Notes: generated from the sequence alone by a model not told the origin. DNA of 64,000 nucleotides from Candidatus Aminicenantes bacterium (GCA_050115915.1 JASFPP010000001.1:3116-67115), one strand, 5' to 3'. Positions 25,749 through 37,804 are shown, counted from the first letter of the stretch. Program-made: numbers and translations.

Positions 25749-26228
25749 ATGTCTGAAAAAAAGATATTAATCGTAGATTACGACGCAAAGAACCTCGAGC
25801 ACATGACAGAGCTTTTTGTCCCGCATAATCTTACTGTCGTCACTGCGAATGATGGACAGATGGCCTACGAGAAGTACCAGGAGGAGAAACCCGATCTGAT
25901 CGTACTCGAGGCCATGTTGCCCAAGCTCCACGGTTTTGATTTGACGCAAAAGATTCATAGCGAAACTAAGGGAAGCGTTCCCATCGTCATAGTGACGGGG
26001 CTTTACAAAGGGGCCCAATACAAGAATGAGGCGCTGCGGTCATTCGGCGCTGCGGACTATTTTGAAAAACCCTTCGATGACAACCAACTGGTCAGTTCTG
26101 TCATGAATCTCTTATCCGATGAGATCGATATCGAAGAGGACCTTCCGGACCCTGACACGGTCCTTTCCTATCTTTCTCAGATGTCCAAAAAAACCGCTTC
26201 TCCTTCAAAAGAGGAAAAAATCTCTTAA
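25749..26228 (+). CDS. Single-domain CheY-like receiver protein with Glu at the phospho-acceptor position (atypical/pseudo-receiver)
   Basis: 159 aa. The receiver fold is KILIVDYDAKN...DLIVLEAMLPKLHGFDL...IVIVTG...YFEKPF. The canonical DxxxLD(acceptor)xxMP reads LEAMLP here. Confidence 0.8.
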   Translation: MSEKKILIVDYDAKNLEHMTELFVPHNLTVVTANDGQMAYEKYQEEKPDLIVLEAMLPKLHGFDLTQKIHSETKGSVPIVIVTGLYKGAQYKNEALRSFGAADYFEKPFDDNQLVSSVMNLLSDEIDIEEDLPDPDTVLSYLSQMSKKTASPSKEEKIS

Positions 26229-26251
26229 AACCTCAATCATTCAAAAGGAAT

Positions 26252-27061
26252 ATGGATAATCCAGATAAAATGGCGAACCTGTGGACGCGTTGCAACAGTT
26301 GCCGTCGCATTCTCTATAAACAAGATATCCTGGACAACCTCTATGTCTGCCCTGAGTGCTTTTTCCATTTTCGCATGTCTGCGAAAGACCGCCTATCCAT
26401 ACTCTTTGATGAAGGAAGATATGAACTTTTCGATGAAGCCATCTCTCCAGAGGATCCTTTGAATTTCAAAGATCAGAAAGCCTATTCCAGCCGTCTTAAA
26501 GAGAACAAGGGAAAGACCTCGCTTCCCGATGCTGTGCTCAATGCCATCGGAACCATGGATGGCCTGAGTGTCGTTGTTTCAGCCATGGAGTTTTCCTTCA
26601 TGGGTGGGAGCATGGGATCTGTTGTGGGAGAGAAGATCACACGCGCGTTCGAGAAGGCTCTCTCGGAAAAGATTCCTGTTATCGTTATTTCCTGTTCAGG
26701 GGGGGCAAGGATGCAGGAGGGCGTTCTCTCCCTCATGCAGCTCATGAAAACAAGCGCAGCGGTCGCCAGACTCGATGATGCGGGGATTCCGTACATCTCT
26801 GTAATGACAGATCCCACAACGGGTGGAGTTACGGCGAGCTTCGCCATGCTGGGCGATATCAACATCGCAGAGCCAGATGCTCTCATCGGCTTTGCAGGGC
26901 CCCGAGTTATAGAGCAGACAATCAAGGAGAAATTGCCAAGGGACTTTCAACGCTCTGAATTCTTGCTCAGCCACGGCATGCTCGATGAAGTTGTTAAGCG
27001 CCTCCACCTGCGAGACTATCTCATCCGGGCGCTCAGGCTTTTCCTCGACAAACCTCAATGA
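26252..27061 (+). CDS. accD: Acetyl-CoA carboxylase carboxyltransferase subunit beta
   Basis: 269 aa. N-terminal zinc ribbon CNSCRRILY...CPECFFHFRMSAKDRL, plus GGSMG and GGARMQEG motifs. Confidence 0.9.
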   Translation: MDNPDKMANLWTRCNSCRRILYKQDILDNLYVCPECFFHFRMSAKDRLSILFDEGRYELFDEAISPEDPLNFKDQKAYSSRLKENKGKTSLPDAVLNAIGTMDGLSVVVSAMEFSFMGGSMGSVVGEKITRAFEKALSEKIPVIVISCSGGARMQEGVLSLMQLMKTSAAVARLDDAGIPYISVMTDPTTGGVTASFAMLGDINIAEPDALIGFAGPRVIEQTIKEKLPRDFQRSEFLLSHGMLDEVVKRLHLRDYLIRALRLFLDKPQ

Positions 27062-28377
27062 ATTATGAGCAATGCCTCGTTTATCTGGACCAGATACAGA
27101 ACCTGGGCATAAAATTCGGGCTGGATAATGTTCAAACGATCCTGTCCGCCTTGAACAATCCCCAGAATCATTATCCTTCGGTTCACGTGGCCGGGACCAA
27201 CGGAAAAGGCTCGGTGTGTGCCATGCTGAGTTTTATCCTCATGGAACACGGCCTCCGTCCTGGACTCTTTACTTCCCCCCATCTTGTGACTGTGCGGGAG
27301 CGCATCCAGATAGCAGGAGAGCCCATCTCCAAAGAGGATTTTAGCCGGCTTCTTACCGTCCTTAGGGATGTGATCGAAGAGCTTATCGCCTCGCAGGTGC
27401 TGTTGGCCCCACCTACATATTTCGAGATGTTGAGCTGCCTGGCCTTTCTGTATTTTGCCGAAGTGCAGACAGATATCGCCATATTGGAAGTGGGGATGGG
27501 AGGGCGGTTCGACGCCACGAACGTTGTTGTACCCGTAGTTGCGGCTATTACCACCATCTCTCCCGAGCATCAGAAGTTTCTCGGTGAGACTCCAAGCGAG
27601 ATCGCTTCGGAAAAGGCCGGGATCATCAAGCCCGGCGTCCCTCTGGTATGTGGAGTCGAAGAGAAGGACGCGTATAAAACCATAAAGAATAAGGCGAAGG
27701 AACAGAATGCTCCTTTCCATCCGGTGTTTGCCAAAGACAAAGATCTAAAGAAGACAAAAACCGGCCGGAACTTCCGGTTTGTGTACAGATCGGGGCGAGA
27801 GGAATACGCGTTCGCGCCCTCTATGCTCGGAGAACACCAGGGAAAAAATGGGGCCATCGCCATTGCTGTGGCGCATAGACTATCCAAAGATTGGAGGCCA
27901 TTGGAAAGATCGCGGATTATCCGGGGAATCGATGCGGCCTATTGGCCTGGTCGTCTTGAGGTTGTATCCGATAGACCTCTTGTCCTTGTCGATGGCGCAC
28001 ACAATGAGGAGGGAGCGAAGGCTCTGAAAGCTTACGTCCAGGAGTTCATCTCTTTACCCTGCGTGCTTGTCTTCGCGGTCATGAGAGATAAGGACATCGC
28101 TAAACTGTCCGAGATTCTCTTTCCCCTGGCTGACAAGGTGATTTGCACCAGGTTTCCTTACTTCAAGGCCGCTTCACCCGAAGATATCCAAAAACAGGCC
28201 TCTCGATTTGAAGGCCGGATTGTTGTCGAACCGGATGTGGAGAAGGCAGTCAGGGCCGCTCTTCAAGCCGCAAAATCCGAGGGCACTGTCCTTGTGGCGG
28301 GATCCCTCTTTCTCGTCGGCGAGATCAAGAGAATATTTGCAGGCCATGCGGACATTTCCCAATCAGTGCTGTCATAG
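27058..28377 (+). CDS. folC: Bifunctional folylpolyglutamate synthase / dihydrofolate synthase
   Basis: 439 aa. P-loop VHVAGTNGKGS. Mur-ligase family layout. ATGA overlap with accD; accD-folC linkage is known from E. coli. Confidence 0.9.
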   Translation: MNYEQCLVYLDQIQNLGIKFGLDNVQTILSALNNPQNHYPSVHVAGTNGKGSVCAMLSFILMEHGLRPGLFTSPHLVTVRERIQIAGEPISKEDFSRLLTVLRDVIEELIASQVLLAPPTYFEMLSCLAFLYFAEVQTDIAILEVGMGGRFDATNVVVPVVAAITTISPEHQKFLGETPSEIASEKAGIIKPGVPLVCGVEEKDAYKTIKNKAKEQNAPFHPVFAKDKDLKKTKTGRNFRFVYRSGREEYAFAPSMLGEHQGKNGAIAIAVAHRLSKDWRPLERSRIIRGIDAAYWPGRLEVVSDRPLVLVDGAHNEEGAKALKAYVQEFISLPCVLVFAVMRDKDIAKLSEILFPLADKVICTRFPYFKAASPEDIQKQASRFEGRIVVEPDVEKAVRAALQAAKSEGTVLVAGSLFLVGEIKRIFAGHADISQSVLS

Positions 28378-28386
28378 ATCCATGCA

Positions 28387-28542
28387 CGCGGTACGGGATG
28401 TCCTCATTGTTTAATGGAGAAAACCGTTTGAAGGGATAAACGGGCGCGTGGCGTCGCCCATGGGAGGTGCCCCATGTTTGAAGGAAGTTACTTCGCAGGG
28501 GAAAGGGATCGGAATTTCGTTTTCGATATCATACTACAGGGG
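28387..28542 (+). repeat. T1 structured intergenic repeat, copy D (shorter, about 156 bp), oriented toward the atp operon
   Basis: ATTGTTTAATGGAGAAAACCGT (18 of 22 match to the A/B core), CTTCGCAGGGGAAAGG and CGTTTTCGATATCA blocks occur in the same order as in A and B. The termini are degenerate, so the boundaries are approximate. Confidence 0.6.
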
Positions 28543-28597
28543 CACTTGAGATAACCGTGGATCTGATTTGGTTTTGCGAGGGACTTTGGAAGTTGGG

Positions 28598-28626
28598 TTG
28601 CATTTTAGTGTGATAAGTGTTAAATT
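28598..28626 (+). promoter_or_regulatory. Sigma70-type promoter TTGCAT-N17-TAAATT upstream of the atp operon
   Basis: TTGCAT at 28598-28603 and TAAATT at 28621-28626, about 40 nt upstream of the ATG at 28667. Confidence 0.45.
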
Positions 28627-28666
28627 TTCCTCTAATTTTAGCGTCAGATTTGTGTGAAATTTTGCT

Positions 28667-29083
28667 ATGTTAACTGTAGATGCAACTCTCCTCATCGTGT
28701 TCTTCATCGTATGGATCCTTCTATTTGTTTTGAAGAGGATTTTTTTCAAACCTCTAAAGGATATCATGGCCAGGCGGGATAAGACCATTGCGAACAATCT
28801 TCGAGCGGGAGAAGAGGCGAAGACCCGGTATGAGGCAAGTATCGCTAAGATCGAAGAAGACTTGAAAGCTGCACGTCTCCGAGCCAAGGAAACCCAGGAG
28901 AAGTTCACAGCAGATGCTCTGCGCGAAAAGGAGAGGATGCTGTCCGCAGTAGGGCAGGAATGTCGGGCGAGGGTCAATGAAGCCAAGGAGCAGCTGGAAC
29001 AGAAGGTGGATGAACTCAAGGAGGACCTGGCTGCCGAAAGCGGAGTGCTCTCTGAGAAGATCGAAAAGAGGCTGCTCAACTGA
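28667..29083 (+). CDS. atpF: F-type ATP synthase subunit b' (b-type paralog)
   Basis: 138 aa. A single N-terminal TM segment (LLIVFFIVWILLFVL) is followed by a long charged helix (KPLKDIMARRDKTIANNL..), the classic b-subunit layout. Confidence 0.8.
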   Translation: MLTVDATLLIVFFIVWILLFVLKRIFFKPLKDIMARRDKTIANNLRAGEEAKTRYEASIAKIEEDLKAARLRAKETQEKFTADALREKERMLSAVGQECRARVNEAKEQLEQKVDELKEDLAAESGVLSEKIEKRLLN

Positions 29084-29664
29084 TGAAACGCAAAGTCCCT
29101 TTTGTCCTTATAATTATTGTGCTTCCCTTTTTCCTCTTCATGTCCGTCGAAGAGGAACATCATGGATCCGATCCCATGGCCTTTATAGCCAAGGTGTTCA
29201 ATTTCCTTATCCTCTTCGGAGGGCTGGCTTACCTGTTGCGCAAGCCGATCCAGCGTTTCTTGGCCGAACGAGCGGTCGAGATCGATACAACCATAAAAGA
29301 TGCTGAGGAACTGCGGCATGGCGCCGAAACTGATTTGGAAAAAGCCGAGAGGCGGCTGAGCGAATTGAGTCGAGAGATCGAGGAGCTCAGGAAAAAAGCT
29401 GTCCTGGACGGGGAGAGAGAAAAGGAGCGAATAATCCGCGCAGCTCGTGAGGAGGGAGAGAGGATGAAGGGGACTGCAGAGCAGGAGATCGAAATGATCT
29501 CCAGGGCCGGGATCAAGGGGCTTAAGGAATACGCTGTGTCTCTTGCCGCCGCTGAGGCTTTGAACAGGATCCAGGCTCAACTCTCTCCCGAAAAACACAC
29601 GCAGCTCATCGACGACTCCATCGAAAGGTTAGAGGATCTGTATGAAACATCGCGTTCTCGTTAA
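29083..29664 (+). CDS. atpF: F-type ATP synthase subunit b
   Basis: 193 aa. TM segments are followed by a long Glu/Arg/Lys-rich helix (LRKPIQRFLAERAVEIDTTIKDAEE..). It lies directly upstream of atpH. Confidence 0.8.
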   Translation: MKRKVPFVLIIIVLPFFLFMSVEEEHHGSDPMAFIAKVFNFLILFGGLAYLLRKPIQRFLAERAVEIDTTIKDAEELRHGAETDLEKAERRLSELSREIEELRKKAVLDGEREKERIIRAAREEGERMKGTAEQEIEMISRAGIKGLKEYAVSLAAAEALNRIQAQLSPEKHTQLIDDSIERLEDLYETSRSR

Positions 29665-30184
29665 AAGGTATTCTCAGGGCCTCATAAGCGCTATCGGGGA
29701 TGAGGAGGAGTTCGCCGCAATCCACGGGGAGCTCCGTCACTTCTTGGGTCTACTCGAGTCTCGTGAAAAACTGAAAGAGGTCCTCCAGAGCCCTTTTCTG
29801 CCGTTGACAAAAAAGAAAGATTTGATAGATGAACTCCTGAGAACTTTGTCCTACAGTCCCAAAACGGCTCGTTTCATCGGTGTGTGTGTGGAGAATGATC
29901 GTTTGGAGTTCTTTGCTGATATTCTGGATTATTTACCGGAGCACTGGAATGAAGAAAAGGGCGTGTCCACATTCGAGGTGTCCTCTGTTGTTCCTTTGAG
30001 CGATAGCCAGAAGGAGAGGCTTCAGAAAAAATTGGAGCAGCTCGAACAAAAGCCCGTGTTTCTAAAGTTCCAAACCGATCCAGATCTGGTCGGGGGGCTC
30101 TCGATAAGACGGGGTAACCTCGTCTATGACATCTCTATCCGGGGAAACTTAGACAGGCTTAAAGAAAATATCATTGAAGGGTGA
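29642..30184 (+). CDS. atpH: F-type ATP synthase subunit delta (OSCP)
   Basis: 180 aa. Position between b and alpha. N-terminal VKRYSQGLISA and C-terminal GGLSIRRGNLVYDISIRGNLDRL are typical of delta. Confidence 0.85.
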   Translation: MKHRVLVKRYSQGLISAIGDEEEFAAIHGELRHFLGLLESREKLKEVLQSPFLPLTKKKDLIDELLRTLSYSPKTARFIGVCVENDRLEFFADILDYLPEHWNEEKGVSTFEVSSVVPLSDSQKERLQKKLEQLEQKPVFLKFQTDPDLVGGLSIRRGNLVYDISIRGNLDRLKENIIEG

Positions 30185-30190
30185 GGCGAA

Positions 30191-31711
30191 ATGGATTTAA
30201 AAGCCGACGAAATATCAAAAATCATACAACGCCAGATCGAGGGTTATGAAACAGGTGTAGATATCAAAGAGGTGGGTACGGTCACTTCTGTAGGGGACGG
30301 TATTGCCAACGTTTATGGACTGGACCACGTGATGTATAACGAACTTTTGGAATTCCCGAACGATGTCTATGGCCTTGCGCTCAACTTGGAGGAAGAGAAT
30401 GTGGGAGCGGTCCTTCTGGGAGAAAGCCATCTCATCAAGGAGGGCGATCTTGTCAAGAGAACGCACAGAATCATGCAAGTGCCCTCGGGGCCTGCTCTTG
30501 TTGGCCGTGTTGTCAATCCTCTGGGGATCCCCCTCGATGAAAAAGGCCCGATTCAGAGCGATGTCAATATGGTTGTCGAGCGTCTTGCTCCTGGAGTTGT
30601 CGAACGCCTTCCCGTTAAGGAACCCCTGCAGACAGGGATCAAAGCGATAGACAGTATGATCCCGATCGGGCGAGGACAGAGGGAGCTGATCATCGGGGAC
30701 CGTCAGACCGGAAAAACAGCGATCGCCATCGATACCATCATCAACCAAAAGGGAAAAGACGTCGTCTGTATATATGTCGCCATCGGGCAAAAAAACTCGA
30801 CCATTGCTTACATTATCAAGGTGCTCGAGGACTACGGAGCCATGGATTATTCGATCATCGTGGCTGCCGCGGCCAGCGATCCTTCCCCGCTTCAGTATCT
30901 GGCCCCCTACAGCGGTTGCGCCATGGGCGAATATTTTCGAGATAACGGGCAGCATTCGCTTCTTGTCTATGACGACCTCTCTAAGCATGCCGCCGCCTAC
31001 AGGGAGATCTCACTCCTCTTGCGGCGCCCTCCCGGGCGAGAGGCGTATCCCGGAGATGTGTTCTATCTTCATTCGCGGCTGCTGGAGAGAGCGGCCAAGC
31101 TCAACGAACAGAACGGCGAGGGATCGCTCACAGCGCTCCCCATCATCGAAACGCAGGCTGGAGATGTCTCGGGTTATATTCCGACAAATGTGATATCCAT
31201 CACCGACGGACAGATCTACCTCGAGCCCGAATTGTTCAATGCCGGCATCAGGCCAGCCATCAATGTGGGGATATCCGTTTCCAGGGTGGGTGGCAATGCG
31301 CAGATCAAAGCGATGAAACAGGTGGCAGGAAAGCTGCGTTTGGACCTGGCCCAATACAGAGAGCTCGTCACTTTTGCACAGTTCGGCACCGAATTGGATA
31401 AGTCGAGCCAAGCGCAGCTCGATAGAGGAGAAAGATTGACAGAGATCTTAAAGCAGGACCAGTACGTTCCCCTGGATGTCGTCAAGCAGATCTTGATCAT
31501 TTTTGCAGGGAATAGAGGTTATCTGGATGAATTCGGAGTTTCCCAGCTCCGTCTTTATGAAAGCAAACTTTACGATTATTTTAACGAAAATTATCCCGAT
31601 CTGCTGCGGAAAATCAAAGAGACAAGGGCTATTGATGCTGACGCGGACGAAGCTCTCAGTTCGGCCTTCGAGGAATTCAACAAGACGTTCAAGGAAGATG
31701 GAGGAGAATAG
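30191..31711 (+). CDS. atpA: F-type ATP synthase subunit alpha
   Basis: 506 aa. Walker A GDRQTGKT, plus the conserved SVSRVGG..AQ and [26 protein letters not shown] segments. Confidence 0.95.
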   Translation: MDLKADEISKIIQRQIEGYETGVDIKEVGTVTSVGDGIANVYGLDHVMYNELLEFPNDVYGLALNLEEENVGAVLLGESHLIKEGDLVKRTHRIMQVPSGPALVGRVVNPLGIPLDEKGPIQSDVNMVVERLAPGVVERLPVKEPLQTGIKAIDSMIPIGRGQRELIIGDRQTGKTAIAIDTIINQKGKDVVCIYVAIGQKNSTIAYIIKVLEDYGAMDYSIIVAAAASDPSPLQYLAPYSGCAMGEYFRDNGQHSLLVYDDLSKHAAAYREISLLLRRPPGREAYPGDVFYLHSRLLERAAKLNEQNGEGSLTALPIIETQAGDVSGYIPTNVISITDGQIYLEPELFNAGIRPAINVGISVSRVGGNAQIKAMKQVAGKLRLDLAQYRELVTFAQFGTELDKSSQAQLDRGERLTEILKQDQYVPLDVVKQILIIFAGNRGYLDEFGVSQLRLYESKLYDYFNENYPDLLRKIKETRAIDADADEALSSAFEEFNKTFKEDGGE

Positions 31712-32605
31712 ATGCCGGCTCTGATAGACCTGCGGAAGCGTATCAAAAGCGTGCGCAACACGCAACAGATAACGCAGGCCATGAAAACGGTGTCCACCGT
31801 CAAGTTCCAGAAGGCACAGCGGATCGTCTTGGAGTCGAGGCCCATGTGGCACGACTTCCCTGATCTTGTCTCCAGCGCTGCGCTCTGGGCGCCTTCCACC
31901 GCTCATCCTCTGCTCTCTCGAAGGGAAGAAAAGAAAGTCGTGGGGCTCGTTATCACATCGGACAAAGGATTGGCCGGTGCCTTCAACGCCAATCTTTTAG
32001 AGAAGGCCTCATCCTTTTTCGCAGAGAAGGCAAGGACGAGTGAGGTCCAACTTATACTCGTCGGTAAAAAAGCCGTCGATTTTTTTAAAAAGTCCGCGTA
32101 CCGAGTGCTCCGATCCTATTTCGGACAAGTTCATAAAACCACAGCCGAGGATTGCCGCACATTGGCTCGGTATCTCACTGATCTTTACACGCTGAATAAG
32201 ACCGATACGATTTACGTGGCCTATAATGAATTTAAATCCATCCTCGCTCCCCGTGTGGTTATCACAAAATTACTTCCTGTTGAGTTTTCAGGGGAGGATC
32301 AAAGATCAGAAGATACAGGAGGAGATACAAGTCCATCGGGACAGCGTCCGGATTGGGATCCCTCAGCACTCATGCTGGTCCAAACGCTCCTCCTCCACCA
32401 TGTGGAGAACCAAATGGTCCATTTTTTCTTCGAATCGCAAGCCGCCGAGCACGCAGCAAGGATGATGGCCATGGATAATGCCACAAAAAATGCGGAGGAG
32501 CTGATCGAAGATCTCACACTGGTGTTGAATAAAATCAGGCAGGCATCGATCACAAAAGAGCTTCTGGAGATCATGTCTGCTGTTGAAGCCTTAGCGAAGA
32601 AATAG
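31712..32605 (+). CDS. atpG: F-type ATP synthase subunit gamma
   Basis: 297 aa. N-terminal LRKRIKSVRNTQQITQAMKTVS and C-terminal NKIRQASITKELLEI signatures. Confidence 0.9.
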   Translation: MPALIDLRKRIKSVRNTQQITQAMKTVSTVKFQKAQRIVLESRPMWHDFPDLVSSAALWAPSTAHPLLSRREEKKVVGLVITSDKGLAGAFNANLLEKASSFFAEKARTSEVQLILVGKKAVDFFKKSAYRVLRSYFGQVHKTTAEDCRTLARYLTDLYTLNKTDTIYVAYNEFKSILAPRVVITKLLPVEFSGEDQRSEDTGGDTSPSGQRPDWDPSALMLVQTLLLHHVENQMVHFFFESQAAEHAARMMAMDNATKNAEELIEDLTLVLNKIRQASITKELLEIMSAVEALAKK

Positions 32606-34471
<1,866 letters not shown>

Positions 34472-34485
<14 letters not shown>

Positions 34486-35224
34486 CCAACTAAAGGGTGA
34501 AGACGAAACTCTTGATACCTTCTACCATGGACGCATCCGTGTCTTTCAGAAAAAGAAGGGATACCGGTTTTCCATCGATGCACCTCTTCTCGCAGACTTT
34601 ATCCAGACAAAGGAAACGGACAGAATCCTGGAATTGGGGACAGGAAACGGGATTGTATCGCTGCTCTTGAGTATCAAGCCTTTCTCAAGCTTGACAGCTG
34701 TGGAGATCCAAGCATCTTTGGCAGATCTAGCCAGAAGGAATGTCAGACTCAACAACTGTGAAGACAGGATCCATGTTATCCACACCGATCTCCGTGTTTT
34801 TTCTGAGAGAGAGAAATATGATGTGGTGTTTTCCAATCCGCCTTACATAAAACGAAACACAGGGCACTTGAGCGAATCGGACGAGAAGTCCGTGGCAAAA
34901 CATGAGTTAAAATGCACTATTTCTGATATAATGCAGAAAACTGAAGAATTATTGGCAACGCAGGGAGTGGCTTATTATATCTATCCTGCAACGAGAGAAA
35001 AGGATTTTATGCGAACGATGGAAGAGATGCAGTTGAGGATTCGGAACATCCGCTATGTCTATCCCCAAAAAGGCAGCGCTCCCAATTTTTTTCTTGTGAG
35101 CATGGACTTTGACTCTCTGGGGGCCCAAAAGCTGCGCCCGCTTATCCTGTATGAAAAAAAAGGCGATTACACCGCTGAAGCGCAGGAAATATTCACGGGA
35201 AGGATCCATGATCCGGCTGATTAA
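34472..35224 (+). CDS. N6-adenine-type SAM methyltransferase (TrmN6/YfiC-like, NPPY motif)
   Basis: FQKKKGYRFSIDAPLLADF, ILELGTGNGIVS and FSNPPY motifs. The ATG at 34472 (MSLDDQ..) is the likely start; the ORF track start is 34448. Confidence 0.75.
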
Positions 35225-36029
35225 GAACCTGGTGAGCCTGTACAAGTACAGGGTTCTCATCCAAAACCTCGTGAGCCGCGAATTGAAAGCCCGCTATCGG
35301 GGAACGGTGTTGGGATTCTTTTGGTCTTTTTTTAATCCGTTCCTTTTGCTCGTCGTCTACACGGTTGTGTTCGGTTTTATCATCATGCCCAGAGATCCTG
35401 CTTTCGAGGGCTCGCCCTGGTTGTATGCGCTCTTCCTCTTCTGTGGGTTGCTCCCCTGGCAAGTCTGGTTCGTTGCCTCGTCCCTCGAATCGGCAAATGT
35501 GCTGATCATACAGGGAAATCTGATAAAGAAGATTCTGTTCCCTGTGGAGATCCTCCCTGTCGTTGTGGTCTCGAGCAATTTTATTCATTTCCTCTTCGGC
35601 CTTCCCATCCTGCTCATTTTTGTTCCGATCCTGGGCGGACACTATTCGCCCTATCTCCTCCTCTTGCCGGTTGTCGTTTTAGTCCATTTTGTATTCACAC
35701 TGGGATTCAGTTTTCTCGTCTCCTCCTTAACAGTGCACTTTAGGGATATCAGGGATATCCTTGCAAATCTCTTGACCTTCTGGTTTTTTGCGACACCCAT
35801 CATCTATCCCATGACCTTTTCAACTGTCCAGGAATCCTCTGTTCTTAAAAATCTCCTCAACCTGAACCCCATGACACACATCATGCAGGGATATCAATAC
35901 TGTGTGTTTTATGGGGATCTTTTTCACTGGAAACGCTTGGGCGTCACCTTTATCGTATCGCTCATTCTGCTGTTCGTCGGATACTCTATCTTTGACAGGC
36001 TGCGGGATTCTTTTCCCGAGGAGGTATAG
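35208..36029 (+). CDS. ABC-2 type polysaccharide/teichoic-acid export permease (Wzm/TagG-like)
   Basis: LVSRELKARYRGTVLGFFWSF signature and 6 hydrophobic segments. The start at ATG 35208 is preceded by GGAAGGA; the ORF track N-terminus from 35109 is an upstream extension. Confidence 0.85.
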   Translation: MIRLIKNLVSLYKYRVLIQNLVSRELKARYRGTVLGFFWSFFNPFLLLVVYTVVFGFIIMPRDPAFEGSPWLYALFLFCGLLPWQVWFVASSLESANVLIIQGNLIKKILFPVEILPVVVVSSNFIHFLFGLPILLIFVPILGGHYSPYLLLLPVVVLVHFVFTLGFSFLVSSLTVHFRDIRDILANLLTFWFFATPIIYPMTFSTVQESSVLKNLLNLNPMTHIMQGYQYCVFYGDLFHWKRLGVTFIVSLILLFVGYSIFDRLRDSFPEEV

Positions 36030-37310
36030 TTGGTTGCCATAGATGTGGATCATGTGACACGCATATATCAGAAGTACTCTGCCCAGCACCGCTTCAAAAC
36101 CTTCAAGAGTGCGATCGTCAAGGGGGATTTTTTCAAGTCCCTCCGACCGGATGAACTCGTCACAGCATTGGATAATGTAAGTTTTCAAGTCGAAAAAGGC
36201 ACCACGTTCGGCGTGATCGGAGAGAATGGCTCGGGGAAGAGCACTCTGCTCAAGGTGATCACCGGAATCGCCAAGCCCACATCCGGCTCTGTGAGTGTCG
36301 ATGGAAAAGTCTCTGCACTCATCGAGCTAGGGGCGGGTTTTCATCCGGAGATCTCAGGGCGGGAGAACATCTTTATAAACGGCATCATGTTGGGTCTTTC
36401 CAAAAAAGAGATCACGGAAAAATTCGACGACATAGTCCGGTTTGCAGAGCTCGAAGAATTCATCGATGCCCCCGTCAAAACATATTCGTCAGGAATGCAT
36501 ATGCGCCTCGGATTTTCCGTCGCCATCAACGTTAATCCCGATATTTTGCTCATCGATGAGGTCCTGGCTGTAGGGGATGCCTCTTTTGTGCCCAAGTGTT
36601 TGGATCGGATCGATGATTTCCGCAGGAGGAAGAAAACCATCCTTTTCGTCAGTCATGATCTATCTACGGTCGAAAAGATTTGCGATCGAGTCGTCTGGTT
36701 AAAGCACGGGAAGATCCAGACGATGGGGGAGCCCAAGCGGGTTGTGGATGCCTATCTCCAGGATGTTGCTGAAAAGCAGGAAGAGGAATTCGAGAGGCGC
36801 CAGCAGGAGGTCGAGGTCGAAGAGAGTTTCGCGGAGGAGCGGAGGGAAAACCGCTGGGGCAAAAGAGAGATCGAGATCAAAAAAGTGAGGCTGAAGGATC
36901 TGGATGGCACCGAGAAACATGTTTATTCCCCTGATGAGGGAATGATTATAGAGATGGATGTCATGGCCTATTCTCGGATCGAGGATTTTGTGTTCGGGAT
37001 CGGAATATACAATCCGAAGGGCATCAGTTGTTACGGGACAAACACACATCTGGAAGAGTTTATACCGCAGATCATCGAAGGGGAGGGCCGCGTCAGCTTT
37101 CGGATAGAAAGGCTCGGCCTCATCAACGGGACCTACTATTTGGATGTAGCCGCGCATAAAAAAGATGGCTACCCCTACGATTATCACCGCAATCTGTATT
37201 CATTCATGATCTCCTCTACCAAAAAGGATGTGGGGATCCTGCGGCCGGAACATTCCTGGGAGTTCTCCTCCAGGATCAAGATCAAGCCCCCCACCGAAAA
37301 GGGAGAGTGA
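36030..37310 (+). CDS. ABC transporter ATP-binding protein (Wzt/TagH-like) with C-terminal glycan-binding-type beta domain
   Basis: 426 aa. Walker A GENGSGKST, signature YSSGMHMRLGF and Walker B LLIDEVL. About 170 aa of extra C-terminal domain. TTG start immediately after the permease stop. Confidence 0.9.
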   Translation: MVAIDVDHVTRIYQKYSAQHRFKTFKSAIVKGDFFKSLRPDELVTALDNVSFQVEKGTTFGVIGENGSGKSTLLKVITGIAKPTSGSVSVDGKVSALIELGAGFHPEISGRENIFINGIMLGLSKKEITEKFDDIVRFAELEEFIDAPVKTYSSGMHMRLGFSVAINVNPDILLIDEVLAVGDASFVPKCLDRIDDFRRRKKTILFVSHDLSTVEKICDRVVWLKHGKIQTMGEPKRVVDAYLQDVAEKQEEEFERRQQEVEVEESFAEERRENRWGKREIEIKKVRLKDLDGTEKHVYSPDEGMIIEMDVMAYSRIEDFVFGIGIYNPKGISCYGTNTHLEEFIPQIIEGEGRVSFRIERLGLINGTYYLDVAAHKKDGYPYDYHRNLYSFMISSTKKDVGILRPEHSWEFSSRIKIKPPTEKGE

Positions 37311-37400
37311 TCAAATTCGAAACAGGAATATTTGCGATGGAGTACGGAAAAATGTTGCAATCGTGCGGGGTATTTGTATAATGTTCGCCAGGAGTTTGTA

Positions 37401-37724
37401 ATGGCCACCAAGAACAAGAAACATGGACGGGAAGCCCATTCGCGGACAGTTGCCAAAGCGATCAGCTGGCGGATCATCGCCACTCTAACGACGATGACGG
37501 CAGTGTATATTTTTACAGGAGAGTGGTTGATCACCATAGGTGTGGGCGTCGTAGAAGTGATCGCGAAGATCACATTTTACTATCTTCATGAAAGGGTGTG
37601 GCACAAAATTTCCTGGGGAAAAGAAAAACATCCCCTCTCTACCATTCCGGTCAAAGGGGAGATCACGCCCGATGACATGGATAAAATCAGGGATCAACTC
37701 CGCGAACTGGGTTACCTTGACTGA
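37401..37724 (+). CDS. DUF2061-like small membrane protein
   Basis: SRTVAKAISWRIIATLTT..ITFYYLHERVWHKISWG resembles the DUF2061 pattern. The ATG at 37401 is preceded by AGGAG. Confidence 0.6.
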   Translation: MATKNKKHGREAHSRTVAKAISWRIIATLTTMTAVYIFTGEWLITIGVGVVEVIAKITFYYLHERVWHKISWGKEKHPLSTIPVKGEITPDDMDKIRDQLRELGYLD

Positions 37725-37804
37725 GATAAAACCAGACTCTTATCAATCATTTCTGGACTTGGCTGAGGGATGAACCGCTAAAGGGAACAAAACTTCTATC
37801 CAAT

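Noticed and set aside
35109-35207. The ORF track gives long N-terminal extensions for several genes: 35109, 60435, 59999, 57653, 34448, 37332, 19299 and 6877.
   Set aside because: These extensions overlap the preceding genes or lack family-typical sequence. Internal ATG codons with Shine-Dalgarno sequences coincide with the expected N-termini or signal peptides, so I used the shorter gene models.
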